In this document: in pieces, positions 27,028 through 37,193 of the stretch
Position numbering within the stretch: the stretch's first letter is position 1
How the letters are laid out: each line of letters starts with the position of its first letter
Origin: an uncultured Methanosarcinales archaeon
GTDB lineage: Archaea; Nanobdellota; Nanobdellia; Woesearchaeales; UBA583
Length of the DNA stretch: 64,000 bases
Direction: 5' to 3'
Assembly (NCBI GenBank): GCA_964429995.1
Contig: CAYSDY010000003.1
Span: 49,241 to 113,240, forward strand
Notes under the pieces: model-generated
Seen by the model: the letters and a program-made list of their open reading frames with translations, nothing else
Database searches by the model: none
Told to the model about the DNA's origin: nothing
Program-made: the position numbers and the translations under genes

Positions 27028-29226
27028 TTAATTACCTATGTATTTTACTATAAAAATATCTTTTAAATTTTCAACTTTAAAAAACATCTCAAATATTTTT
27101 TTCACATCATTGTTTGAAATTTTTTCGTCTTCTTTTATATCATAAGATAGCTCTTCAAACTTTTGTTTTCCATAAAAATTGGATTCAGCTATATTTTTTG
27201 TGAACTTTGTGTTACCTAATACATAATCTTTCCCTTCTTTAAATAATATTTTTTTTGAAAACAGATTATCGCATATTCGCAATATTTCATTATACATTAC
27301 ATCTGTCTTAAGCAAAAGCTCAGCAGGATTAAATCTTTCTTTTTCAAGTGTAAGAATTGACTTTAATAATTTTGATTCACTAGCAGAAAGCAATAGGAGT
27401 TCGTTGCTTACAGGATAGCCCTCAAATGGGAATATGTTCTTTATGATTTGACAGTTGGTCTTGTCAAAAAGAATATTTACCTGTTTACTATCTGGTGTTG
27501 TAAGACTAACCATTACTGCACTCACAAGCCCTATCCTTACATTGTCTGTATCAAGTAACACTTTTGCATCTTCAAGTTCTACTTCTGGTGCAACAAATTG
27601 AACAAACTCATTATATTTACCCTTGTATGTATGTTCTTTTTCTGGATTGGATTTAATTTCTTTTTCTGTAACTTCTTCTTTTTTTGCAGAAACAACGTTA
27701 TCATAATATTTGTTATTTTCAATTCTGTTTTGCTGTTTTGGAATATCAAATGTTTCCTCTTTATCATCAAAATCATCAGAATCGTTAGACATATGTTCTT
27801 TGTAATATGAACTCTGATTACTGTTTTCAGATGAATCTACTTCATATGACATTGTTATATCAACAGTTTCTCCTCCATGTTTTGAAATTCTTGGTCTGAT
27901 GTTTACTTTTAGAGGAATATCTATTACTCCAGTAAGAAGACATGTTCCTATGTTTAGCTTTTGAATCTCTTCTTCAGAATCATTATCAACTCCTTCTGAG
28001 GATGATATTACCGACTTTAAATCGTTAGGATTTGTTATTTTTAGTAGTATTTGGGTACTGCATTGTGAAATAACATTCTTATCAACCTTTGCTGGTCGTT
28101 GAGAAATTACACACAAACCTACTCCAAACTTTCTTCCTTCACCTGCTATTGTACGTATTATTTTTGAGGATTTCATTTCTCCAAAACTTCTTTCAGGACA
28201 AAAATTATGAGCCTCTTCTAAAACAAGTAAAAATGGAGGGATCTCTTCTTTTTTCCTTGCTTCAAAAAGATCTCTTAAAAGACCAGAAACAAATGTTTCC
28301 TGAACATAAGGCTCAACACCTTTTAATGAAATTATAGACATTCTTTTGTGTCTTACAATCTCTGATAATGGTGTTGGGGTATGAGAATATATATTTAATT
28401 TTTTAAGACTTTCAAGTAGTGTTATTAAAGACCATTTACTATTTGATTCTTCATTTGATATATGAAAAACAAGTTCATCTATGTTTACTCTGTTATTTAA
28501 AGAACTTAATATGTTAAACATAAGATTTTGCTGTGCAGGACTTAATTTTTGAGGAAGGGCATTTACCAGTTCTTGTGGATTTAATTTATTTAAATCAAGA
28601 GATATTGGTTCACATTGCGGATTTATCTTTATGTCTGGGGAAAATTCTTTTACATGATTTAGAAATCCTAAAGGACTAAGACCAAGTTTCTCAAGCCTTT
28701 TCATGTCACTTTTATTAGTATTGGGATATTTAATTGATGCGTACTCATTGTGTGGGTCAAGAATAACTATTGGAATATTTTTTTTTAAGACTTCTTCTAA
28801 TATTACGCCTACTGTATATGATTTTCCTGCTCCTGATTTAGCTAATATTGCAATATGTTTTGTTATAACTTTTTTTAAATCTAAATTGATTTTTAAATCG
28901 TTATGATTTTCAAGAAGACCTATGTAATCGTTATCATCAGTTGTTAAGCCTATTGTGTCTTTTATAAACTCATCATCTGCAATTGTTACTAAAGCATCAT
29001 TTTCAAAAGGCGTTCTTATGTTTTTTAAAACTTTGTTGCTTTTAAAACCTATTACCTTACAGTCACCTATAAGTCTGTCACCATCTCTTGTAATATTTAG
29101 AACTTGTGCTAATACATCTCCATCGTCATGATGAATTACTTTAAGAAAATCAAAAGCTCTTATTTGCTTAAAAATTTCTATGCTAAACCTGTATATATTC
29201 GATTTTCCGTACAATCTTGCTAACAT
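27028..29226 (-). CDS. HerA-like (DUF87) ATPase with long C-terminal extension
   Basis: N-terminal barrel-like region, Walker A ILAKSGAGKSYT, Walker B FLLVLEEAHNF and GRKFGVGLCVISQRP. An acidic low-complexity linker follows, then a roughly 200-aa extra domain. The start is set at the ATG (MLARLYGK) 24 nt downstream of a palindromic TATA box. Confidence 0.8.
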   Translation of the reverse strand: MLARLYGKSNIYRFSIEIFKQIRAFDFLKVIHHDDGDVLAQVLNITRDGDRLIGDCKVIGFKSNKVLKNIRTPFENDALVTIADDEFIKDTIGLTTDDNDYIGLLENHNDLKINLDLKKVITKHIAILAKSGAGKSYTVGVILEEVLKKNIPIVILDPHNEYASIKYPNTNKSDMKRLEKLGLSPLGFLNHVKEFSPDIKINPQCEPISLDLNKLNPQELVNALPQKLSPAQQNLMFNILSSLNNRVNIDELVFHISNEESNSKWSLITLLESLKKLNIYSHTPTPLSEIVRHKRMSIISLKGVEPYVQETFVSGLLRDLFEARKKEEIPPFLLVLEEAHNFCPERSFGEMKSSKIIRTIAGEGRKFGVGLCVISQRPAKVDKNVISQCSTQILLKITNPNDLKSVISSSEGVDNDSEEEIQKLNIGTCLLTGVIDIPLKVNIRPRISKHGGETVDITMSYEVDSSENSNQSSYYKEHMSNDSDDFDDKEETFDIPKQQNRIENNKYYDNVVSAKKEEVTEKEIKSNPEKEHTYKGKYNEFVQFVAPEVELEDAKVLLDTDNVRIGLVSAVMVSLTTPDSKQVNILFDKTNCQIIKNIFPFEGYPVSNELLLLSASESKLLKSILTLEKERFNPAELLLKTDVMYNEILRICDNLFSKKILFKEGKDYVLGNTKFTKNIAESNFYGKQKFEELSYDIKEDEKISNNDVKKIFEMFFKVENLKDIFIVKYIGN

Positions 29227-29244
29227 TTTTCTACGATACAATAA

Positions 29245-29256
29245 CCCTTATAAGGG
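29245..29256 (-). promoter_or_regulatory. palindromic TATA box CCCTTATAAGGG upstream of the HerA-like gene
   Basis: Perfect 12-nt palindrome centred about 24 nt upstream of the ATG at 29226. Confidence 0.45.
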
Positions 29257-29342
29257 CAAACAAAACTATAAATTGATAAAGAAAGATGTTTTATAAACTT
29301 TTTCTGTATAATTTAGTAGTTGATTTTTTTATCCTACATAAA

Positions 29343-30041
29343 TTAAATCATGAATTCCTTTTCATGCTTTGTTTCATCTTTTTTGTTTATGATAATTTTT
29401 CTTATTATTTTACCTTTTCTTTTAGATAATCTTCTTATGTCTTCAAAACTTAGCTTGCCTGCTGGAAATATTATATCATTTATTTCTATCCCATTGCTTA
29501 TTTCAATATTTTTAAGACTTTTATCTTTTATGTCGAAACAGAAATCTTTCATAAAAGAATCAACATATTCGTATGGAATTTTTAATTTGCAAAAATCGGC
29601 AACTACTTCATCACTTGCCTTAGGAGCCTTGTCTTTACATGTAAATTTTATGTCATTAACTTCAAATGATATAAAGAGATTATAATTTATAAATGTCTCA
29701 ACAAATGACTTAAATTTTACTTTGTTTTTCAATTCATACTTAAATATACCACGTGATTTTGATGCTTTTAAGTATTTAATCCCATTTCGCTCAAGTTCTA
29801 ATCCAAGATCCTTATTCCATGATAAACTTCCACGAACATCTAGTTCACAATCTCCAATTTTTTGAGCTATAAAAAAAAGCAACTCATCAACAAGGTGAAA
29901 TGAAGTACTCACCTTAACCTGACTTTTTTCAAATTTAAGTGTTAACATTGGACCTGTAAATATTCCTTTGCTGTAACGCACAAATTTTGAATGAGCATGA
30001 TCGTTTTCTTTGTTTTCAAAAATATCCCTTATGTAATGCAT
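29343..30041 (-). CDS. hypothetical protein (upstream neighbour of the HerA-like gene)
   Basis: 232-aa ORF on the same strand as HerA-like, 116 nt upstream of its start. No motif recognised. Confidence 0.55.
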   Translation of the reverse strand: MHYIRDIFENKENDHAHSKFVRYSKGIFTGPMLTLKFEKSQVKVSTSFHLVDELLFFIAQKIGDCELDVRGSLSWNKDLGLELERNGIKYLKASKSRGIFKYELKNKVKFKSFVETFINYNLFISFEVNDIKFTCKDKAPKASDEVVADFCKLKIPYEYVDSFMKDFCFDIKDKSLKNIEISNGIEINDIIFPAGKLSFEDIRRLSKRKGKIIRKIIINKKDETKHEKEFMI

Positions 30042-30396
30042 ACTTAACCTTAAGACTTTTTTTTTATTTATATTTGTATTTACTTAAAAGTTATGATAAA
30101 TTATCTAATAAGTACTAAACAATATCGTTCGAACCACAATTTTGAAGACTTTAGATATTTTTTAGATAAAAAATTTATGCAGTTGAATCTTTGTAACAGC
30201 TTTTTGTTGGTTCCTATTTATAAAAAAGTTGAAAAAAATATTAATTTGGGACAAAATAGGATTACAGTTGTTATTAAAAATATTTAAAAATTATAACTTC
30301 TAAGTTATAATATTATCACTAAAATAACAAAAATAAAAGTATTGAAATATTTAATAGAAAACCTATTATATAAAAATTAACTTTTAATTAAAAAAT

Positions 30397-30759
30397 TTAT
30401 TTGGATTGGGATTTCCATGTTGAAATGCTTTCTTTTATCTTTTCAACATAAAGATCAAAATTTTTTTCTATATCGTTTATTATCTCTTCTTTGTTCTTTG
30501 AAAAGTATACGAACATAAATCCTCTGTCAAGATTCATTTGTCTTTTCATAAGTAATTTTCTACCTATAAGATTTGTTAATATTTTTTGTATCGTTGTCCT
30601 ATCCTTGCTTATTTTATCTACAAGTTCTTTAACACTTAAACCCTTTTGGCTTTTAAGTATCTCTGCAAAAACAAGATACTCAGATTCGTTCAAATTATAA
30701 TTACACTGTATAAGATCCTTAAGTGTAATTTTTTTACAGTTAAAATCAATCTGCTTCAT
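30397..30759 (-). CDS. winged-helix transcriptional regulator (TrmB/MarR-like)
   Basis: LNESEYLVFAEILKSQKGLSVKELVDKISKDRTTIQKILTNLIGRKLLMKRQ is an HTH plus wing pattern. A TATA-like box lies about 27 nt upstream. Confidence 0.7.
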   Translation of the reverse strand: MKQIDFNCKKITLKDLIQCNYNLNESEYLVFAEILKSQKGLSVKELVDKISKDRTTIQKILTNLIGRKLLMKRQMNLDRGFMFVYFSKNKEEIINDIEKNFDLYVEKIKESISTWKSQSK

Positions 30760-30849
30760 AGATAGATTAATTGAAGTATATTTAAAAACCTTTTCAAGTA
30801 ACTTATCTATGATAAAATTCTTAAATCTAACTAATCAAATAACTTTATT

Positions 30850-31404
30850 ATGAAAATACTTGTTGTAAATAATCACTCAAAACACATCGAAGAATTATTA
30901 AATAAATTAAATGAAGTTGATTCAATAACTATAAATTTTGAAGATTTGAAATATAAAGATTATGATGATTATGATGCTATAATACTTTCTGGCGGATCTT
31001 CTTTTTCTGTAATAGATCATAAAAAGGAATATTCTAAAGAATTAAAACTAATAAAGAATTGCAAACAACCAATACTTGGAATTTGCTTGGGATTTGAATT
31101 AATTAATTTTGCTTTTGGTGAAAAATTGGAAAAATTAGAAGAAAGTGCTAATGGATCAATACCAATAAAATTAATTTTCAAGGACCCTTTATTTGACTCA
31201 TTGCCAAAAGAGTTTAATGTATATGAGGCTCATAGATGGGTTGTTACTAAAAATAAAAATTTAATTGCATTAGCTGAATCTAAATATGGAATTGAAGCTG
31301 TAAAACATCCTGAAAAAAAAATATATGGTGTACAATTTCATCCAGAAGTTTTTGTTGAAAAAAATCATGCAGAAAAAATTTTAAGAAACTTTTTAAATAT
31401 TTAA
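30850..31404 (+). CDS. class I glutamine amidotransferase (GuaA-N/PabA-like)
   Basis: ILGICLGFELI carries the nucleophile Cys and YGVQFHPEV the His/Glu. Confidence 0.8.
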   Translation: MKILVVNNHSKHIEELLNKLNEVDSITINFEDLKYKDYDDYDAIILSGGSSFSVIDHKKEYSKELKLIKNCKQPILGICLGFELINFAFGEKLEKLEESANGSIPIKLIFKDPLFDSLPKEFNVYEAHRWVVTKNKNLIALAESKYGIEAVKHPEKKIYGVQFHPEVFVEKNHAEKILRNFLNI

Positions 31405-31483
31405 AGTTTATACAAAATACTTTTACTACTAAACAGTAGTTTAGTTGCTAAGGTTTATAAATTAACATCATTTAGTCATATTT

Positions 31484-32662
31484 ATGGATAATATAATTGA
31501 TCATAAAAACAGATCTTATGTAATTTTGCCTAATGATAATAAAATGCTTCATGTTAAATTTTCATCTCCTTATGTTTTTAGACATGATAAGGATATGGCT
31601 TTTCAATTGGATGAAATTGTTTCAAGAGGAATTGATACAAAAAGATCGGATGATGGTACAACAGTTTTTCGTGCAAAAAAGGATTCAGTAGGATTATATT
31701 GGTTTAAGAATGTGTTCTGTAGAGATGATATTGACCCGTTAAAAGTAGGTAATTATTCAGGTCATCAATTGGATGAATATCTTAGATCTGAAAGAGGAAT
31801 TGATTTAGAGCATGAACTGGTTTTAGAAACTGCTGATAAAATTAAATATGGAATGTCCCCAACAGATAGAAATAATGCTTATTTGCTTGGATCGGCTACA
31901 ATTGATTGGATTAAAGATAATATAGAATATATTTCTGTTCCTAATAGCTTAATTGATAATGTTGCATTTTTTATTAATTATTTAGGAAACAAAGCAAGTC
32001 CTTACAAAATATTGAGAAATAGTTTTAATTTGAACGATGGCTTGATAAGAATAATTGCATCAAATTGTACTTTAAAAAAGGGAATGAGTAGCAAAGAAAC
32101 TGCTAAGGATTTGATGGAACAAGCTAATCAGGTATCTAAGATTTTTCAACTTTTTTGGTTAACCGAAGAAATAACAGCCGGTAAAACCTTAGAAGAAAAA
32201 TCTGGAAAATGCGTAGGAATAGCTAGAACTTATGTAGCATTATTAAGAGCTATGGGAATACCTAGTAAAACAATTGGCGGATATTTTGGTGATAATTATG
32301 GAATATTTGGTGGTAATCATGTTTGGGCTACGTTATATATCCCAGAATATGGTTGGAAAGAGGTAGATCCTACTTTGGGTGAATATAAAGATTTCTCATT
32401 TGATTTTCACGCATATAGTTTTTATGATAAAGAAGAAGATAATTCGCATAATTTTGAATTTATTGGTACTGATGAATCTAACTTATTGGTAAATGATGTT
32501 ATTAGTTTGGTTAAATCTGAAAAAAGAAATAGAATTGCTAAGGCAAGAAACGGATTGAATTTTATTGATAGATACTTTAAAACTTCTAAGTTTAGAAAAA
32601 CAGAAAGTTTGGAAGCTGAATTGATGAAAGATGAGTTAGAATATTTAGAAAGATTTTGTTGA
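31484..32662 (+). CDS. transglutaminase-like cysteine protease domain protein
   Basis: GKCVGIARTYVALLRAMGIPSKTIGGY, GNHVWATLYIPEYGWKEVDPT is the Cys-His-Asp transglutaminase core. Confidence 0.8.
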   Translation: MDNIIDHKNRSYVILPNDNKMLHVKFSSPYVFRHDKDMAFQLDEIVSRGIDTKRSDDGTTVFRAKKDSVGLYWFKNVFCRDDIDPLKVGNYSGHQLDEYLRSERGIDLEHELVLETADKIKYGMSPTDRNNAYLLGSATIDWIKDNIEYISVPNSLIDNVAFFINYLGNKASPYKILRNSFNLNDGLIRIIASNCTLKKGMSSKETAKDLMEQANQVSKIFQLFWLTEEITAGKTLEEKSGKCVGIARTYVALLRAMGIPSKTIGGYFGDNYGIFGGNHVWATLYIPEYGWKEVDPTLGEYKDFSFDFHAYSFYDKEEDNSHNFEFIGTDESNLLVNDVISLVKSEKRNRIAKARNGLNFIDRYFKTSKFRKTESLEAELMKDELEYLERFC

Positions 32663-33277
32663 TATATCTTTAATTTCAACATTTTTACCTCTAACTAATA
32701 TTACTTGTGAGTTGGTAATTGGAACTAATTTTAAATGTGAATCATATTTTTTAATAATTTGTTCTACCACTTTTTGAAATGGGAAGTTTGTGTAATGTGG
32801 AAGTGGATAAAAATCTGTAATGTTTAAGGATAAATTATCTTTTAATTCTATAGCTTTTTTATAATCATCCATATCTTTTACATATTCAATGTTTGGAGAA
32901 ACAACAATTGAACCTGCAGATTCCCCAATGTAAATTTTACCTAGGTTAATCTGCTCTATTATTATTTTGTCAGCACCACTCTTTTTTAACTCTTGTAATA
33001 AAAAAAAAGTATTCCCACCTGTAATATAAATATAATCATTGTTTCTTAGTTTATCTGCTATTTCTTTATTTGTAGCTTTTGTCATTTCAAGCTCATCTAC
33101 TATTAAACCTAATTTTTCAAGAGCTTTTTTCCCCGAATTAACATAAAATATAACTTTTTCAGGTAAACTTGCTGTTGGAATAAAGGTAACTCTTTTTCCT
33201 TTTAATTCTTCTTGTGCAAAATCTTTAAATAATGTTGAAACATCTTTAAATGATGATGATAAAAATAATCTTTTCAC
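32645..33277 (-). CDS. peptidase E (S51 family dipeptidase)
   Basis: VTFIPTAS, IYITGGNTFFLL and IYIGESAGSIV. Confidence 0.8.
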   Translation of the reverse strand: MKRLFLSSSFKDVSTLFKDFAQEELKGKRVTFIPTASLPEKVIFYVNSGKKALEKLGLIVDELEMTKATNKEIADKLRNNDYIYITGGNTFFLLQELKKSGADKIIIEQINLGKIYIGESAGSIVVSPNIEYVKDMDDYKKAIELKDNLSLNITDFYPLPHYTNFPFQKVVEQIIKKYDSHLKLVPITNSQVILVRGKNVEIKDISTKSF

Positions 33278-33379
33278 AATATATAGCTTAAAATTGAAAC
33301 TTATAAACTTATTCTGTGACAGATAATAGTTATTGAAAGCAAAAGTATAAAAACATAAGGTGTCAAAAAATATTTTATA

Positions 33380-34237
33380 GTGAAAAAAAGCATAAAATAT
33401 GTATCATTTTTAAATGTTATAATTAATGTGTTTCTATTTCTTATTAAAATAACTGCAGGATTTTTCTTTTCAAATATGAGTCTTATTGCTGATTCATTTA
33501 ATTCTCTTACTGACATTATATCTGCAACTATAATCTGTTTTACAGTTAAAATTAATAATCTAAAAGCGGATTCTGATCATCAGTTTGGACATTCAAGAGC
33601 AGAAAACATTGCTGGTTATACAATAGGGATTCTTATGATTGTCTTGGCATTTAATCTTTTTTTAATGGTTTATGATAAGATTATAAACCATGTTCCTTCT
33701 GTGTATAACAATTTATTGTTATTAGTATCAATAATTACTCTTGTTTGTAAGATAGGAATGTTTTTTATTGTTGGATATGTACTTAAACACAACGATAGCC
33801 CTGCACTTAAGGCAAACAGACAGGACCATTTAAATGATGTTTTTATAATTTCTTCTATATTACTGTCTATAATTCTTTTAAGATATTCTATTAATTTAGA
33901 TATTTTCTTTGCAACAATAATAGGAATATATATACTTATTAATGGAATAAAAATCTGCTTTGAAAACATCAATCATCTTATGGGAATAAAAGCACCTGAT
34001 GATTTAATTGAAAAAATCAAAATGATTGCTTTATCAAATAAGGATGTAAAAGGTCTTAATGATATATTCACACAGTACTTAGGAAATAAAATACAAGTTG
34101 AAATCCATATAGAAGTTAATAATCAAATGACTATAAAACAGGCACATGATATAGCAAATTCTGTGAAAAAACAAATACTTAAACTTGAGTTTGTAAATAA
34201 TTGTTTTGTTCATATTGATGAATACAAAAACATGTAA
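33380..34237 (+). CDS. cation diffusion facilitator (CDF) family transporter
   Basis: LIADSFNSLTDIIS and DHQFGHSRAE, six TM helices plus a C-terminal cytoplasmic domain. GTG start. Confidence 0.85.
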   Translation: MKKSIKYVSFLNVIINVFLFLIKITAGFFFSNMSLIADSFNSLTDIISATIICFTVKINNLKADSDHQFGHSRAENIAGYTIGILMIVLAFNLFLMVYDKIINHVPSVYNNLLLLVSIITLVCKIGMFFIVGYVLKHNDSPALKANRQDHLNDVFIISSILLSIILLRYSINLDIFFATIIGIYILINGIKICFENINHLMGIKAPDDLIEKIKMIALSNKDVKGLNDIFTQYLGNKIQVEIHIEVNNQMTIKQAHDIANSVKKQILKLEFVNNCFVHIDEYKNM

Positions 34238-34324
34238 ACAATTCTTAAAAGTTTAGCAAAAAAAAATAACAAAACAAAGTTACAATAAAATATTTTAAAG
34301 TGTATCTTTTTGTAATTACTGTAT

Positions 34325-34933
34325 ATGATAAAAGTTGTTAGTGATTACATAAAGCCTGGTTTTTTAGAAGTATACTGTGGACCTATGAAGTCAGGAAAAA
34401 CAAGAGAACTGATAAATAGGATTGATAAGCTTGAATATATAGATAATTGTTCATTTATTATAATTAAACCTTCTGTTGACACAAGAGATAAAAACACATT
34501 AAAAACACGATTTGGAAATCTTGCCTATGAGTGTACATTTATTGATGAAGACAAACCGGAAGAAATTATTGATATAGTTAAAGATAAATATCACCTTGTA
34601 ATAATAGATGAAGCACATTTCTTTGGACCTAAAATTTTTGAAACTCTTGATTATCTTTTAAGATCAGGTTTGCATATAATAGTTGCTGGTTTAGATCTTA
34701 ACTTTAGAGGAGAACCTTTTGGATCAATGGGTGCAATACTTTGCCTTGCAAACAAAGTACATAAGCTTAGCGGAATATGTAATCATCCTGATTGTTTTGA
34801 AAAATCAACAAGAACCCAAAAAACAATAAATGGGAAACCTGCTCCTTATAAATCACCTGAAGTAGTTATAGGAGATGAAGAAGAAGGATATAGTTGCAGA
34901 TGCTTAAAACATCATTATATTGATAAATATTAA
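34325..34933 (+). CDS. tdk: thymidine kinase
   Basis: GPMKSGKT and VIIDEAHFF, with C-terminal Zn-ribbon cysteines (CNHPDC...CRC). Confidence 0.9.
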   Translation: MIKVVSDYIKPGFLEVYCGPMKSGKTRELINRIDKLEYIDNCSFIIIKPSVDTRDKNTLKTRFGNLAYECTFIDEDKPEEIIDIVKDKYHLVIIDEAHFFGPKIFETLDYLLRSGLHIIVAGLDLNFRGEPFGSMGAILCLANKVHKLSGICNHPDCFEKSTRTQKTINGKPAPYKSPEVVIGDEEEGYSCRCLKHHYIDKY

Positions 34934-35024
34934 TAATTTGTTAGTTTAACAACAAAAACAACTACAACTTATTAGTAGTTAATTTTACTTATTTTTATAA
35001 ATACTTTTTGATTATCAACTTGTT

Positions 35025-35375
35025 ATGGGAAAATCATACCAATATATACATGATGATGTAACATTACATGATGTTCATCAAAATGCAAGAAATGAGTGGA
35101 CAATAAGACATAAAAAACGTGATGTATTATTATGTCAAAATTTTAATAACAGTCATGAAAGTCTTAATTTTTTAAAAGGCTTAGAAGTTAAAGACTATTT
35201 AGCACCAATAACTGTTGTAGGTTATGTTGAATATGTAATGATAGCTCAGAATAGTTATAGAAAAATAAGCTATATAGAACCAATAGAGAGTGAAGATGAA
35301 AGAAGTGAACTTGTAAAAAAGATAAAAAGAGAATTTGGTGGTACAATTTGCTTTTGGTCTTTAAAAAAAGCATAA
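35025..35375 (+). CDS. hypothetical protein
   Basis: 116-aa ORF with TTTTTATAAATA about 29 nt upstream of the ATG. No motif recognised. Confidence 0.5.
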   Translation: MGKSYQYIHDDVTLHDVHQNARNEWTIRHKKRDVLLCQNFNNSHESLNFLKGLEVKDYLAPITVVGYVEYVMIAQNSYRKISYIEPIESEDERSELVKKIKREFGGTICFWSLKKA

Positions 35376-35397
35376 AAACTTTATTTTACATTTGAAT

Positions 35398-36066
35398 TTA
35401 ACTTATTATAAGTCTAAACAGCATTTTGAATCCATTTTTAATACTTTGCCCTTTTTTTAATGATTCTTTTGTATAAATTACCTCTATTGGAATTTCTTTG
35501 TATTTTAATCCATATTTGTGTATTTCTCCAGACATTTCTGAACAAAATTCAAACCTATCATTTGTTATGTTTATTTTATCTATTGCCTTTTTACTGAAAC
35601 CTCTAAAACCACTTTGGGAATCTCTTATATATATTCCATATATTATAAATGTTAAAATGCTTCCTATGTAATTTGCAATTTTTCTGCTTATTGGCATTTT
35701 ATTGCTATACATTAACATTCTTGAACCTATAACCGTATCATAATTTTCAAGAGCCTTAACTATTTTATGTATATCTTCTGGATTATGCTGGCCATCTGAA
35801 TCCATTAAGACTAAATAGTTATATTTTTTGTTTTTGGCATATGTTATACCTGTATTAGTTGCAGCACCTGCTCCTCTGTTTATTATATGATGTAAAAATG
35901 TTACATTATTTTTCTTAAGTATATCTTTTGTTGAATCTGTTGAACAATCATCTATAACAAGAATATTATCATAACCTTGATATCTTATTCCTTCTATTAC
36001 ATTAATTATAGTTTTTGACTCATTATATGCAGGAAGAACTATTAATACATCTTTTTTGTCTATCAT
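35398..36066 (-). CDS. glycosyltransferase family 2 (dolichyl-phosphate sugar synthase-like)
   Basis: VLIVLPAYNESKTI, VIDDCSTDST and LMDSDGQHNPEDI. Confidence 0.85.
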   Translation of the reverse strand: MIDKKDVLIVLPAYNESKTIINVIEGIRYQGYDNILVIDDCSTDSTKDILKKNNVTFLHHIINRGAGAATNTGITYAKNKKYNYLVLMDSDGQHNPEDIHKIVKALENYDTVIGSRMLMYSNKMPISRKIANYIGSILTFIIYGIYIRDSQSGFRGFSKKAIDKINITNDRFEFCSEMSGEIHKYGLKYKEIPIEVIYTKESLKKGQSIKNGFKMLFRLIIS

Positions 36067-36118
36067 AGAAAATAATCAAATTTGATTTTTTATAAATATT
36101 TACATAAAATATTCAATT

Positions 36119-37138
36119 TTATTTGATAAATGCACTAAGTGTTGTTGTTGTGTCTATTGAAGATAATACCTTTATTGTTGCATCTTTGTTAAAATCGTGA
36201 GATTCTAATATGTCAGCTATTTTTTGCTTATCAAAACGCGGTTTTTCAAACTGAACATTCTTAAAAACTTCAATATGCTTAAAGGTGTTAAAAACTTCTA
36301 TCCATGTATGGTTAAAGTAATTATGCCATTCTAGTATTTTAAACATTTCATCCCATCTGTTTCTATATTCTTTTACAATCCTTAATGCCTTTTTTGCACC
36401 TATACCCTTTATTCCTCCATGATTAAAATCAGTACCGCAAAGAATGGCAATGATTATTAGTTCATCTAAATTTATGTTAAGATTTTCAAGGTTCTCATTT
36501 AAATCGTAAAACTCTATATCAACATCTTTATAGTAGTCTGTGTTTGGAATTTTCCTTTTAGTTGATACTGATAGGTTTCTTATAAGGTATGTACTTCCAA
36601 ATAATAATGAATCAAAATCCTGACTTGCAAGAGCATAAGCCATTTTTTCTTTTACTATTTCTGCTCCTTGTGCCTCTGCTTCACTTGGGGCATTTATTAC
36701 TTTAAACCCGAATGCTTTTATTAATGCGATTGATTCATTTATCATTTTCTCATCAAGCTTATTTAATGCACTTACTGCATGTTTTTTGATTTCTTCAAAA
36801 TTATTATCAATAAGTGCCTGTTCGTATTTAGCAATTGCAAGTTCTCTTCTTTCATTCCTTATATTCTTTTCATCAAATTTTAATGCTGGTGATTTGCCAT
36901 CAAAGATGAATATTGGATGTATGTCATTTTTTTTAAAATAAACACATCTGTTAAAAAGCCCCTTAATGTGAGATGTGATTTCTCCTTTAGAATCTTTTAG
37001 CATTAAACCATCTTTTTGTCTTATTGATGATAGAAACTGGAATAACATATTAAAACTGTCTATTGCAATGGTTTTACCCTTAAGATCCTTTAAATCTATA
37101 TTTTTATATACAAGAATGTCCTTGATATTTGTTCCCAT
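36119..37138 (-). CDS. fen: flap endonuclease 1
   Basis: XPG-N/XPG-I organisation with AIDSFNMLFQFLS, APSEAEAQGA, SQDFDSLLFG and the H3TH motif GIKGIGAKKAL. Confidence 0.92.
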   Translation of the reverse strand: MGTNIKDILVYKNIDLKDLKGKTIAIDSFNMLFQFLSSIRQKDGLMLKDSKGEITSHIKGLFNRCVYFKKNDIHPIFIFDGKSPALKFDEKNIRNERRELAIAKYEQALIDNNFEEIKKHAVSALNKLDEKMINESIALIKAFGFKVINAPSEAEAQGAEIVKEKMAYALASQDFDSLLFGSTYLIRNLSVSTKRKIPNTDYYKDVDIEFYDLNENLENLNINLDELIIIAILCGTDFNHGGIKGIGAKKALRIVKEYRNRWDEMFKILEWHNYFNHTWIEVFNTFKHIEVFKNVQFEKPRFDKQKIADILESHDFNKDATIKVLSSIDTTTTLSAFIK

Positions 37139-37193
37139 ATTTTCTTAGTGTGGATATTGTTTAAAAAAATTTCCATAAAATCAATAAAATAAT

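Noticed and set aside
30093-30287. 64-aa ORF in the 355-bp spacer between 29343..30041 and the TrmB-like gene. The nearby perfect palindrome TTATAACTT-CT-AAGTTATAA (30291-30310) was also considered.
   Set aside because: The ORF has no promoter spacing or motif support. The palindrome is real but AT-only and isolated, and it could be a terminator for the regulator gene. That is not enough to call a feature.
33301-33972. Minus-strand ORFs 33301..33516 and 33670..33972. The same applies to 38512..38882, 39037..39276, 27579..28906 and 29350..29685.
   Set aside because: All of them overlap well-supported genes (the CDF transporter, RFC large subunit, the HD dNTPase, the HerA-like gene and its neighbour), mostly antisense and otherwise as out-of-frame same-strand overlaps. 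They have biased low-complexity composition.
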